Assembly: GCA_946186925.1 (NCBI GenBank)
Contig: CAMHPA010000001.1
Coordinates: forward strand, 17,327 to 81,326
Direction of reading: 5' to 3'
Source of the DNA: an uncultured Bacteroidota bacterium
GTDB lineage: Bacteria > Bacteroidota > Bacteroidia > Bacteroidales > SZUA-534
Length of the DNA: 64,000 nt
How positions within the stretch are numbered: position 1 is the first letter of the stretch; each line of letters opens with the position of its first letter. Under the pieces are notes generated by a model that saw nothing but the letters and a program-made list of their open reading frames with translations, was not told the DNA's origin and searched no databases. A program made the position numbers and the translations under genes. This document shows positions 17,481 to 29,500 of this stretch, piece after piece.

Positions 17481-18098
17481 ATGACAAACAGACTTTTCAA
17501 CTGTATATCAATCATTTTGCATCCGATATTTACGCTTACATTAGGAATGGTTATTATTATCAGCGTCCTTTTGCCGGGCTCGTTGGCAAGCCAATGGATG
17601 ATTTTGGCGTTCTGCGCTTTGTATTCCGTTGTAATGCCGATGGCCTTTATCGGGTTTGCGCGCATTCTGGGCTATGTCGACGATTTGCGTATGCGAAACA
17701 AGCGCTCACGTATATTCGCATTGGTTGTCTGCGCCATCAGTATTTTGGCTTTCGGACATCTGCTTAAAAACTGGCACGCGCCATCGGTGATGCAGATGTT
17801 TGTGACGGGCGTGGTTGTAACGCTTCTGATTGCCGCTTTGCTGGCATTTTTCACGCGAATCAGCTTGCACACCATCGGTTGGGGCGGCCTGACGGCGGTG
17901 GTGTCATTTCTGTCGTTCTCGCATCCGTGGATTTCGACACTGCTGGCCGTTGTTGTGCTGTTGGCAGGTCTGGTCGGCACGGCGCGCGTCTATCTCAATG
18001 AACACAAACCATGGCAGGTGTATGCAGGTTTCGCAATAGGTTTTGTCACTATCTGGATGACATTCATTATCTGCCCCGTATTTGGATTACAATTATAA
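17481..18098 (+). CDS. polytopic membrane protein, PAP2-like phosphatase candidate
   Basis: 205 aa with about 6 TM segments. Two of the three PAP2 motifs are recognisable (SLHTIGWGG resembles PSGH; ARVYLNEHKPWQ resembles SRxxxxxHxxxD). The first motif (KxxxxxxRP) is not clear. Confidence 0.45.
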   Translation: MTNRLFNCISIILHPIFTLTLGMVIIISVLLPGSLASQWMILAFCALYSVVMPMAFIGFARILGYVDDLRMRNKRSRIFALVVCAISILAFGHLLKNWHAPSVMQMFVTGVVVTLLIAALLAFFTRISLHTIGWGGLTAVVSFLSFSHPWISTLLAVVVLLAGLVGTARVYLNEHKPWQVYAGFAIGFVTIWMTFIICPVFGLQL

Positions 18099-18108
18099 TC
18101 AGCTCTAT

Positions 18109-20283
18109 ATGACACGAAAATCACAACCCGCAAAAAAAGCTCGCACCAAAAAGGCTGCCGGCGATACCAAAAAATCACTCATTGGCCGCGCACTGTCAAC
18201 GCTCCGTCAGCATCCAGGCAAACTGCTCAACTACAAGCAGTTGTCGAAGTTGATGGGAATCACCGACGACGAAACCCGCAAGCTGCTCAACAGCTGCCTG
18301 AACGAGCTTTCGGCGGCGGGCGAGATTGAGGAGCCCACGCGTGGAAAATTCCGTATGCAGGGCAAAGAGGAGCTTGTTACCGGCACCATCGACATAACAA
18401 ATAACGGCGCGGCCTTTGTGGTTGTTGAAGGCCAGGACGATGATATTTATGTGGGACCCAACAAGTTGCGACACGCGCTAAACGGCGATATTGTGACGGT
18501 CCGCATCACATCGGGCGGCGGAGGCAGACACGCTGAGGGCGAGGTTGTGGAGATTGTGAAACGCCGCCGCGAGCAGTTTGTGGGCATTGTCGAGATTTCG
18601 AAACACTACGCGTTCCTGGTTCCCGACAAGACTCAAATGCCGTATGAGATATTTATTCCACTCGACAAACTTAATAACGCCGAGCGCGGTCAAAAGGCTG
18701 TGGCGCGCATTGTTGAGTGGACCGAAAAACAGAAAAATCCGATTGGCGAGATTATTGAGGTGCTGGGCAACGTGGGCGAGAACAACACCGAGATGCACGC
18801 CATTCTGGCCGAATACGGGTTACCCTACCGCTTCCCGAAACGTGTTGAGGATGCCGCCGCCGAGGTTGACGAGACCATTTCGGAGCAGGAGATTGCCGCC
18901 CGGCGCGATTTCCGTCAGGTGACAACCTTCACCATCGACCCAGCCGACGCCAAAGACTTTGATGACGCCATATCGTTCCGCCGGATTTCCGACGACCGCT
19001 TTGAGGTGGGCGTACACATTGCCGACGTCACCTTCTACGTGCGCCCCAACACCGCTTTGGAAAAAGAAGCCTACCAGCGCGCCACATCGGTCTATCTGGT
19101 TGACCGCACGGTGCCAATGCTGCCCGAAAAGCTGTCGAACAAGGTCTGCTCACTGCGCCCCAACGAGGAGAAACTGTGCTTCTCGGCCGTTTTTGAGCTC
19201 GATGCCGACGCCAACGTGCTCAAAGAGTGGTTCGGCCGCACGGTCATCTGCTCCGACCACAGGTTTGCGTACGAAGACGCGCAGCAGGTGATTGAGACCA
19301 AGGAGGGCCCGCTTGCCGAAGAGATTCTGACACTCAACGACTTGGCGCAGAAAATGCGCAAAAAACGGTTTGCCGCCGGTGCAATTTCGTTCGAGAGGAG
19401 CGAGGTGAAATTCAAACTGGACGAGGAGGCGCGCCCAATCGGCGTCTATCTGAAGGAGCAAAAAGAGGCCAACCAGCTCATTGAGGAGTTTATGCTTCTG
19501 GCCAACCGCAAGGTGGCCGAGTTTGTGGGCAAACCCGCCGAGGGCAAAGCCAAGCGCACGTTTGTCTATCGAATCCACGGTGAGCCGAATCAGGAGAAAC
19601 TGACGGCTTTCGCGCAGTTTATCAAGCGGTTTGGCTATCAGCTTCAGACAAAAACGAAAAAGAAAATCGCAAGTTCCATCAACAATCTGCTCACCGACGT
19701 GAACGGAAAAGCCGAGCAGACGGTGGTTGAGACGCTGGCCATCCGCACAATGGCGCGCGCCGAATATTCAACCAAGAACATCGGCCACTATGGCCTGGCG
19801 TTCGACTACTACACGCATTTCACGTCGCCCATCCGGCGCTACCCCGATATGATGGTTCACCGCCTTCTGGCGCACTATCTGGAGAACGGCAAAAGTGTTG
19901 ACGCCGACGCTTACGAGGCAATGTGCAAGCACTCGTCGGAGATGGAGCAGCTGGCCACCAGCGCCGAGCGCGCGTCGATTAAATACAAGCAGGTTGAGTT
20001 TATGAAAGACAACGTGGGCAAGATTTTCGACGGCGTGGTTTCGGGTGTCACCCAGTGGGGCATTTATGTTGAGCTCGACGGAAGTATGTGCGAGGGAATG
20101 GTCTCAATCCGCACCCTCACCGACGACCATTACGAGTACGACGAGGCCGAGTTTGCAGTCATCGGGCGCCGCACCCACCGCCGCTACACAATGGGCGACA
20201 AGGTTTCGGTTCGCGTTGTGGCCGCCAATATGGAGAAGAAACAGCTCGATTTTGAGATGGTGCGGATGGAAGTGCCGTTTTAA
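18109..20283 (+). CDS. rnr: ribonuclease R
   Basis: Start set at ATG 18109. It contains cold-shock/OB domains, an RNB catalytic domain (TIDPADAKDFDDAIS; HYGLAFDYYTHFTSPIRRYPD) and a C-terminal S1 domain. Confidence 0.93.
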   Translation: MTRKSQPAKKARTKKAAGDTKKSLIGRALSTLRQHPGKLLNYKQLSKLMGITDDETRKLLNSCLNELSAAGEIEEPTRGKFRMQGKEELVTGTIDITNNGAAFVVVEGQDDDIYVGPNKLRHALNGDIVTVRITSGGGGRHAEGEVVEIVKRRREQFVGIVEISKHYAFLVPDKTQMPYEIFIPLDKLNNAERGQKAVARIVEWTEKQKNPIGEIIEVLGNVGENNTEMHAILAEYGLPYRFPKRVEDAAAEVDETISEQEIAARRDFRQVTTFTIDPADAKDFDDAISFRRISDDRFEVGVHIADVTFYVRPNTALEKEAYQRATSVYLVDRTVPMLPEKLSNKVCSLRPNEEKLCFSAVFELDADANVLKEWFGRTVICSDHRFAYEDAQQVIETKEGPLAEEILTLNDLAQKMRKKRFAAGAISFERSEVKFKLDEEARPIGVYLKEQKEANQLIEEFMLLANRKVAEFVGKPAEGKAKRTFVYRIHGEPNQEKLTAFAQFIKRFGYQLQTKTKKKIASSINNLLTDVNGKAEQTVVETLAIRTMARAEYSTKNIGHYGLAFDYYTHFTSPIRRYPDMMVHRLLAHYLENGKSVDADAYEAMCKHSSEMEQLATSAERASIKYKQVEFMKDNVGKIFDGVVSGVTQWGIYVELDGSMCEGMVSIRTLTDDHYEYDEAEFAVIGRRTHRRYTMGDKVSVRVVAANMEKKQLDFEMVRMEVPF

Positions 20284-20446
20284 CAGCCACAATGCTGCAA
20301 ACCATGCACTTAGGAGCTTAAAACCTTGAGCTAAAATACATTTCCGACAACGGAAAAGAATTCGTAAACCAAATAAAGCTCAAAGGAAAGGCATGATTTG
20401 TGCCTTTAATGCGAGAAAAACAGCGCATTAGCATTATAAAATATGT

Positions 20447-20454
20447 TATATTTG
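20447..20454 (+). promoter_or_regulatory. candidate -7 promoter box for the giant gene
   Basis: tatatttg lies 70 nt upstream of ATG 20524. That is further than for the other boxes in this window. Confidence 0.3.
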
Positions 20455-20523
20455 AAAGTTTTTTTGCAAGACTTTTTGTTTTGCCGTGTGAATTAGTTAA
20501 CATATTTATAATCAAATAGAAAC

Positions 20524-23500
20524 ATGAAAACCATAGCAAAAAAAGTATTCGCGGTTTTGGCATTAGCCATCACAACGGTCGCATCAGTTTTCGGACAAAA
20601 CGGATTCTCCTATCAGGCAGTCATCCGTAACGCCGAGGGCGAGTTAGTTGCCAACAAGCAAATTGTGGCAAAGTTCACACTCAAGCACGATGGCGAAAGC
20701 TATTACACCGAAACACAATCGGTAGCGACAAACCAGTATGGCAACATCCAGGTTGTTGTGGGCGCGGGCGAGAAAGTTGACGGCGAGTTCGCCAATGTTC
20801 CATGGAACACAATGGCAATCAAGATGCTGGTTGAGGTTGACCTCGACGGCGCAGGAAAATACACGGCTCTGGGCGAAGTTCCGATTCAGGCCGCGCCATA
20901 CGCCATGCACGCGCAAAAAGCAGGCGGAGTGGCAACCCAAAACGCTAACACAAAAGACGGCGATGCTCTTTTTGCAGTGAACGACGCCAGCGGCAACCCC
21001 GTGTTTGCCGTGTTTGCCGAAGGCATTGTGGTTTATGTTGACGATGCCGCCGACAAGGCAGCCCGCCGCAGCGGATTCGTCGTTACCGGCCGATCGGCAA
21101 CCAAAGACCAGGCCGCAGCCGAATATTTTGCTGTAACAACCGAAGGAACACACATCTACGTTGACGACGCTGACGACAAGGCAGCCCGCCGCAGCGGATT
21201 CGTTGTCACTGGCCGCTCGGCGACCAAAGACGGCGAGCAGGCCGACTATCTGACCGTCGGAGGCGAGGGCACAACCGTTTATGTTGACGGTGCTGACGAC
21301 AAGGCAGCCCGCCGCAGCGGATTCGTTGTCACTGGCCGCTCGGCGACCAAAGACGGCGAGCAGGCCGACTATCTGACCGTCGGAGGCGAGGGCACAACCG
21401 TTTATGTTGACGGTGCTGACGACAAGGCAGCCCGCCGCAGCGGATTCGTTGTCACCGGCCGCTCGGCAACCAAAGACAGCGCAGAGCAGCAATACTTTGC
21501 CGCCACAGCCGACGGCACAACCGTATATGTCGACGATGCCGCCGACAAGGCAGCCCGCCGCAGCGGATTTGTTGTCACCGGCCGCTCGGCAACCAAAGAC
21601 GGCGAGCAGGCCGACTATCTGGCCGTTGGCGGCGAGGGCACGCAAGTGTTCATCGACGGAGCTGACGAAGAGAGCGACAAGGCAGCCCGCCGCAGCGGAT
21701 TCGTTGTTACCGGCCGCTCGGCAACCAAAGCCGACGAAACGATGTTCGCCATTGAGGGCGGATTCACCCGAGTGTACATCGACGAAGAGGTGGACGACAA
21801 GGCAGCCCGCCGCAGCGGATTTGTTGTTACTGGCCGCTCGGCAACCAAAGCGCCGACCAAGTACATGGCGATTGACAGAGACAGCACCAACATACAGACA
21901 ACGGAATTAACCATAAATGAGAAACCCGACATTCAGCAAGTTCAGCCGAGCGACACGCAGAAGCGCAAGAACACCTTCTCCATCAAAGGAGGAAACGTGC
22001 AGGTTGGCGGCGACGTGGTAATGACCGGCGATGTGGAGAAAAAAGTTGATGTCATTCCGACTGACACCGGCATTGAGCTTCCGAAACTCGACAAGATTGT
22101 CGACCGCGTCGATACTGTCGACTGCTCAATCTACAAGCCCTTCATCTACGGCGACGACAGCGACAGTGAGGGCTATGCCATTCTGGGTGTCTACTCGGAA
22201 GGATCGTACTCCGTTGTCGACAACACCGACGCATCAGGCAACACGGTGCTGCTTATCGACGAGAACGGATTCGTAACCAAGAAACAGAAGAACGCCACCG
22301 TGGTTGTACTCATGCCTGAAGGTGGCAAACAATTGTACATCAGGCCGATTGCAGCCACAAACCAGACTATCAGCTTCGGTCTGATTAAGAGAAAAGCCAC
22401 CGAGCCATACCAATATATAATGGTTGAGGTTGAAGTTGAGGCTAAAGCCGGCATACCTTACGAAGTGAAGACAGCCAGTGTTGAAGGCGGCCGCGTAATC
22501 ATCAGTAGTGCAACCGCGCTCTACGGCGAGAAAGTACAGATTGAAGCTGTGCCTAACGACGGCTATACCTTCGCGGGCTGGAGCGATGGCGCAACATTCC
22601 TCTTAAAGCGCACCATGACTGTGACAAGCGACATCTTTATCACTGCCTCTTTTGAGATGGACAGTTACAGTGTCGAGACTTCGGTCAACGATGAGGGTAT
22701 GGGTTATGTTGACGTTGAAGGCAGCCACAACTATGGCGACAAGGTGACCTTTACAGCCAATCCGAATGAGGGATACAGTTTTAAAAACTGGTCGGGTGAG
22801 AGCATTGAGAACATTGAAGGCATTGATTTAACCGCAAATCCGCTTGAGGTGGTGCTGAAGTCAGATTTGAATGTGACAGCCAATTTTGAGATCATCACCT
22901 TTACCGTGACTTTCGACCCGCAGGGCGGAAAAGTCAATCCGGCCACTGTATCAGTGGATTACAAAGGAACAATTGCCGAGCCCAAAGCCGAACGCAAAGG
23001 ATACCATATTGTTTATTGGGCCACAAATGTCGATGGAAAACTAGTGAAGTTCAACTTCAACGATCCGATTGTGAGCGACACTACAATAATTGCCCAATGG
23101 GAGGTACAGCCGTACACAATAAGTTATAAGGAAGTTGATGACAATTTTGCCAGCGCCACAAGCTACACGGTTGAGGAGTTGCCTACAATTGCGGAGCCAT
23201 CAAAAGAAGGTAACGAATTCATAGGCTGGACCGGCAAAAATTGGCCAGAGCCAACCAAGGAAATAAGTTTTGACGATCTGGCAGAGGACATTGAGCTTAC
23301 AGCCAACTGGGCGCCCAACCAGCACAGCGTTACATTCATCAATGGCAACGAAACAGTTGCTGAATCGACCGTTGAATATGGCGCACAAATTGAGCAGCCT
23401 GAGAACAATCCGGAGAAAGAAGGCCATGAGTTTGTAGGGTGGAACACCGACAGCAATGCCACTGAGGCCGCAGCCATTGGTCAGATGCCAGATGACGATG

Positions 23501-26500
23501 TTGTCTATTACGCCATCTGGAGCGTGAAAAGCTATGAGCTCACATGGGTTTACGAAGGCACCATTAACGAGACCATAGCGTACACCATGGCCGGCAGCGT
23601 AGAGTATGGCACGCAACTGATAGCGCCGAAAATCAACCGCGCAGGTTACGAGTTGGAAGGCTGGGAGCCCGAGGTGACCACCATGCCGGCAGAAAATATG
23701 ACTTACACCGCAAAGTGGAAGCCCAACACCAACACTGCATACACGGTGAATATCTATAAACAGGATGTTTATGGAAAAGATTATGAACTGGTCGACCAAA
23801 AATCAAAAACCGGTACCACCGATACTGACGCCACCTTCGACGCACAAGAAATTGAAGGCTTTGAAGTACAGCCGATTACTTCTGTAAAAATCAGCGGCGA
23901 TGGCTTGGCAGAGCTTAGAGTTAAATACAACCGTTTGCCATACCAAGCCTTATGGATGGCAAATGGCCAGAAGTTTGCTGAGACCGAGGCCTTATACGAA
24001 GCCGAAATACCAGCATTGGCCGAACAACCGACGCTCACGGGCCACAGTTTCGACGGCTGGTATTATGAGGTGAACGGCGACGAAGCAATGTTTGAAGAGG
24101 GAAAACTCACAATGCCCCTCGGCGGCATAACCTTCACCGCAGGATTCAGTAAAAAATACTATGCCGTTAATTTGCCGGATGCGGGATTGATTATTGAAAG
24201 CCCGCAGGACGTTGACGGAAAATATGAGTATGAAGCTGAAGTCACACTCAAGGTGACCGACGACTATGAGCTGACAGGCGACATTACCGCAACCGACGCC
24301 AGCGGCAACAGCATCGTTATTAATGACAACAATGGCAGCTACACATTCACCATGCCTGACGACGTTGTCACAATAACAGCAGAACTCACCAAGATATACG
24401 CCGTGACCTTTGATGCCAACGGTGGCAAGTTTGCCGATGGTGAGGGAACCATGACAATAAAAGTGGCGGAGAACACCGCAATCAGTGATGTTCCTGTGGC
24501 AACCCGTGACGGATACTCTGTAAAATGCTGGCTGAAAATAGCTGGTGAGACAAACGAAGAATTCGATTTTTCCACTCCGATTGCAAGCGCAATCACGCTT
24601 AAGGCCGACTGGACTCCCGATGTGTACACCAAGGGCAGTCTGCAATTGAAGGATAACGCTGGAAGAGTAGCTGATGCAATGTACGCATATTATAAGTGTG
24701 CCGCCGGCGAGTATCTCTATCTGTGCCACCAATATCATATTGGAAACGAAGATCAATTGACATCAGAATACCGCAACTACTATGTAGTTAATGGCAAAAT
24801 ATATGAAGACGATGTTTATGCTTCAAAAACGTTGCAGTTAGGGTATGGTGTGATGCCAGTGCCGATAGGGAACGTTGTTACTGGATACGAAGAGACTATT
24901 GAAAATGGCGAGCACAGCATGCAGAACCTGCTTGGTGAATACGCCGCAAATATTCCAACCGACCTGGATGCATTTAACGCCTTGCCATTTAGCAGTTTGG
25001 TGAAGAAATACTCTTATTTCCCAACAGGTGGAAGCTTATCGGAAATAACCAAATCAACAGACAATAGCTACACTCTGACAGGAACCAGTATAAAACCGGA
25101 AGAAATTGTAAGCGCAGAAAAAAATGGCAATAACGACACATGCAATTACGAATCTTCGATATTCTCGGAAAAGAGTTACTACAATCGCCTGACACTTGCC
25201 GAAATTGCCAGCAAGTTTGATTTAATCAGAAATGGATGTGACATTGTAACCGATTACGAAGGGGGCACCGTTGCTGTCAGCGGCAACAAAACGCACGTGA
25301 ACTATCGTGAGGAGGTAACTCTTACGGCAACAGCCAAAGAATCATACATCTTCTATTGCTGGGCCGACTATAGCCTGGATAACCCGCGCACAGTGAAAGT
25401 TACCGAAGCGGCACTGGTTCAGGCCATCTTCATTGAGCCGGCAATATATGTGTCGAAGAATGGCAACAATATGAATAGCGGTATCACCAGAAATGAGTCT
25501 GTGCCTACAATTGCCGATGCATTGCACCGCATACCGCCACAATCAGACCCTGACAATTGGGCCGATTGGGAGATACGCATTATTGGCACACTTAAAGGAG
25601 GTCAGAGCATTGCAGATGATATGAATATTGAAGGTATCAGATCTCCCATTCCCGCTAAATCAATCACTCTTACGGGCGCCAGTGAATTGAAGGACGGCCA
25701 GCCGCAGGATACAATTGACGCAGGTTGGGAATATTACAATACAGGAGAGTTTGACGGTGATAATGAGCCAATTTACGCTTGGAGAAACGTGTATAATTAT
25801 GCAGGAGAAGTGCCGGCACTTACCATCACAGCCCCCGTGCCGGTTACCATCAAGAATCTGATAATCACTCGAGGTAAAAGTATGACGGGTGGAGGAATCA
25901 AAATAACATACGAAGACTACGATGTTATCCCTGACGATGCTGGCGTTACGCTTGCCGAAAATGCAATCATAACAAACAATGCAGCAACAAATGACGGTTG
26001 CGCTGGTGTATATATTAATTCAGGAACACTTCGTATGCTCGATGGCAGCAAGATTTCCGGAAACCAAGCCATTTATGGTGGTTCGGGTGGCGGCGTGGTG
26101 TTAGAAAACGGAACGCTTGATATGCAAGGCGGCATAATCAGTGGTAACAATACTACCAGTTTCGGCGACGATATCTATTTCAGCGATGGAACGCTATTGT
26201 TGAGTGGCGCTCCGGTTATTGGTAAGTTATACTATTCTGATGGATACATTGTGTTGGCCGAAAATCTGACCGATGGTGCCTCCATAACCATTCAGCCAAA
26301 TTATTATGAAGAGCCGTATATGTGGTATGATGAGTTATATTACACCACCTTGCTCACGGCCGAGAGTGGAGTATCGGTTGCCGATAACATCGACGGACAT
26401 TTCGACTTAATACAACCAACTGGCGACAGTCGTACATGGTTTATTGCCTGCAACGATGAAAACGAGGGAATTCTCACGTACAATTGCACAGTTACAGCCA

Positions 26501-29500
26501 ATGGCACAGAATACCCTGTGCCGCGTGGTACAAAAATGGAACCTCTTGCTGAGCCTACCAAGCCCGACAATGTAGACGCGGAAAGCGAGTTCACAGGTTG
26601 GCTTAACGGAGATATCTTTTTCGATTTCGAAAACGATTATGTGCTTGAAGATATGACGCTTACACCTGTTTGGGCTAAGCCGAAGACCGAGCTATACGTT
26701 AATCCGGAATACACAAACTCCGACTCCGACGGAACAAGTGAAAAACCGTTTGCCAGCATTCAGGATGCCATACACGATATTTATCTTTACAACAAAGCCG
26801 ATTACGACTACACTATCTATGTAAATGGATACGAGCAAAACCAAGTTGTGATTGGAAATTCATTATCGGCCAAAACAATTTTATTGCTGGGTGTTGGTGA
26901 TAATAGCGGTTTTGACATTCCTTCGTATGGGTATATGCCGCTTTCAATAGAGACGAATGTACCTGTTACGCTCAAGAACGTTAAAATTAATGTTAGGACT
27001 TTTGTAAATAGCTGTGTTTCAAAAGCATTGGCAGTCGCAATAGGTTATGATGCCGATGTGACTTTTGCCGAAGGAACTGAAATCAACGGAAACGGTATAA
27101 ACCAAACATCTGATAATGCCGGTGTGGTTGTCAACGGAAAACTCACAATGAGCGATGATGCCAAAATTCATGGATTCACGGCAGGGGTTGCAGGTGGTGT
27201 CTTGCTTGAAAACTCTAATAGCGTGCTGATTATGGAAGGCAACTCATCGATTTATGAATGCTCCTCAAAAAATAGTAACGGTGGTGGTGGAATTCACATG
27301 AGTTCGGGACAAGTGACAATGAACGATAATGCAATAATCCGCAACTGCACTGCCAACTATTATTGTGGCGGTGTTACTATCGAAGGTGGTGAGTTTGTAA
27401 TGAACAACGAATCGGCGATCACCGCTTGCCGAGGCGGCTCTAACGGATCGGCCGGTGTGTACATCAAAAACGCCACAGTCACCATGAATGGAGGAGAAAT
27501 AAGCAACAATACAGTGTCTGAGAGATATGGTGCCGGGGTGTATATGGGCGAGGGTTCAAAATTCATAATGAAAGGCGGAACAATATCTGATAACAAAGGT
27601 GGTGGTGTATATATTACTGGCAGTTCTTATACCAGTTACGGTGAATTCGATATGCAAGGCGGCACAATTAGCGGCAACTTGAGTGCGGATGGTTCTGCAC
27701 CATGGTTTGGTGTGCATGTGTGCGCGGATGTAGTATATGACAATAATGATAATAAAATTCATTCAGGGGTAGGTGTTTTAAAAATGAGTGGCTCGGCCTA
27801 TGTTGATGAGGACAATGAGGTTATTTTGTGTTATGACGATGAGGAAAGAAATAATACAATTGTTTATGAGCAAGCTCAAATCACCATTACTGGTCAGCTG
27901 ACTCATGATGGGCCGGCGGCCAGAATAAAATTGTTAGATCGATTATCATCTGTTCCAAGGTATTCTAGGGGGAAGAAACTGATAGATGGCGACGATTATG
28001 TTTCGGAGTATTACAGCAAATTCATACTTGACAGCGATGAATGGACAATAGGCAGCGATGGTACTTTAAAACGCATATCAGAGGGCACCATCAGCAGCAA
28101 GTTCACGGTTAACGCGGAGGGCAAGCAAGTGTACTTCTCGCAAGGCAACCTGCAGTATAACATGGGCAGCCATACGTGGCAGTTTGCCGAGGATCAGTGC
28201 GCTTACATTGGTACGGATAATGAAAACATAAGTAATGCCGATTACAAAGATTGGATCGACCTCTTCAGCTGGGGCAAAGGCAACAATCCAACAGAGTACC
28301 TGTCAGATGCCGATTACAGCGAATTTGTCGACTTTGGCAGCAATGCCATCAGCAACGGCGGTAATGCACAAAACAAATGGCGTACGCTTACAAAAGATGA
28401 ATGGGATTATCTGCTGACACGTAGCAGTATGGTAACTGTTGGGGATCAAAAGGTTTTGGTTCTGACACCCGATGGATTCGAAGTACCCGGCAGCCACACT
28501 TTATTGAAAAATAAATGGAGCGACCCAGAGCATGGGTCATACCATCAATTATCTCAATATGAAATGTCGCAGTTGGAGTCGTTTGGAGCAGTATTCCTTC
28601 CGGTAGCAGGATATCGCAGCGGAGACGATGAAAACGTTTATGTATACAACGTTACTACTCATGGAACCTATATGTCGGCAACACCTGACAATGACGTGAA
28701 CGCATGGTATTTTGACTTCAGTTCAGACGGCGGCATATTAACAGCCAAAGGCGCACGAAGCTTAGGCTACTCAGTCCGCCTTGTGCAGGATGTTGAGGGT
28801 TCGGGCAGCAGTTCCGGCAGCGGTGGCAGCACAACATTCCACGTTGCTCCAGGCAGTAATGGCAACGGCACAGAATCTGCTCCGTTTGGCTCAATAACCG
28901 ACGCATTGGCTGCCATGACCGATGAAACAGCCAGCTACACAGTTATTGTTGACGGTGATTTCTCAGAAGACGGTGAATGGCGTATTGAAGGTGAAAATTA
29001 CGAATCAATCAAAGCCAGCAACATCTTGATTAAAGGCAAGAACGGTAACAATGCCGACAAGCTGCCGGGCGTTTATGTGAAAACCGAAGCCGAGGTGACA
29101 TTCGAAACAATTCATATTGGCGCAATGTTTATTGGCGCTGTGCAGATAGACGAGGACGATTATGCTCCGGCAAACGTGATTTTTGAAAACGGAGCGGTTG
29201 TCGAAAACAACACTTCAATAAAGTATATTGATGAAACAGGTTTGAATGGAACCGTTGAACTTTTCCAAAAGGGCGCTGTGACGCTCACCATCCGCCAGGG
29301 AGCTGAAATAGTGAACAACGACATCAACGGTGAATATGAAAACAATTCTTGTGGCGGCGTGTATATTGGCCAGTATTCAAAATTAGTGATGGAGGGCGGC
29401 ACCATCAGCGGTAACACCAAATACGATGTCTGCAACAGCGCCGATGGCAGCGTGACTTTGAGCGGAGAGGCCAAGGCCGGCAAGGTTTATATTCACGGAG

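Noticed and set aside
20318-20563. An 81-aa minus-strand ORF overlapping the promoter region and start of the giant gene.
   Set aside because: It lies in AT-rich intergenic sequence. The hydrophobic low-complexity translation shows no motif, and the ORF overlaps the signal-peptide coding region of a strongly supported gene.
20644-21910. ORFs 20644-21645 (minus) and 21404-21910 (plus, alternative frame) over the tandem-repeat region of the giant gene.
   Set aside because: They are artefacts of the GC-rich 123-bp repeat, which is open in several frames. Only the frame continuous with the signal peptide and the 3,253-aa product is coherent.
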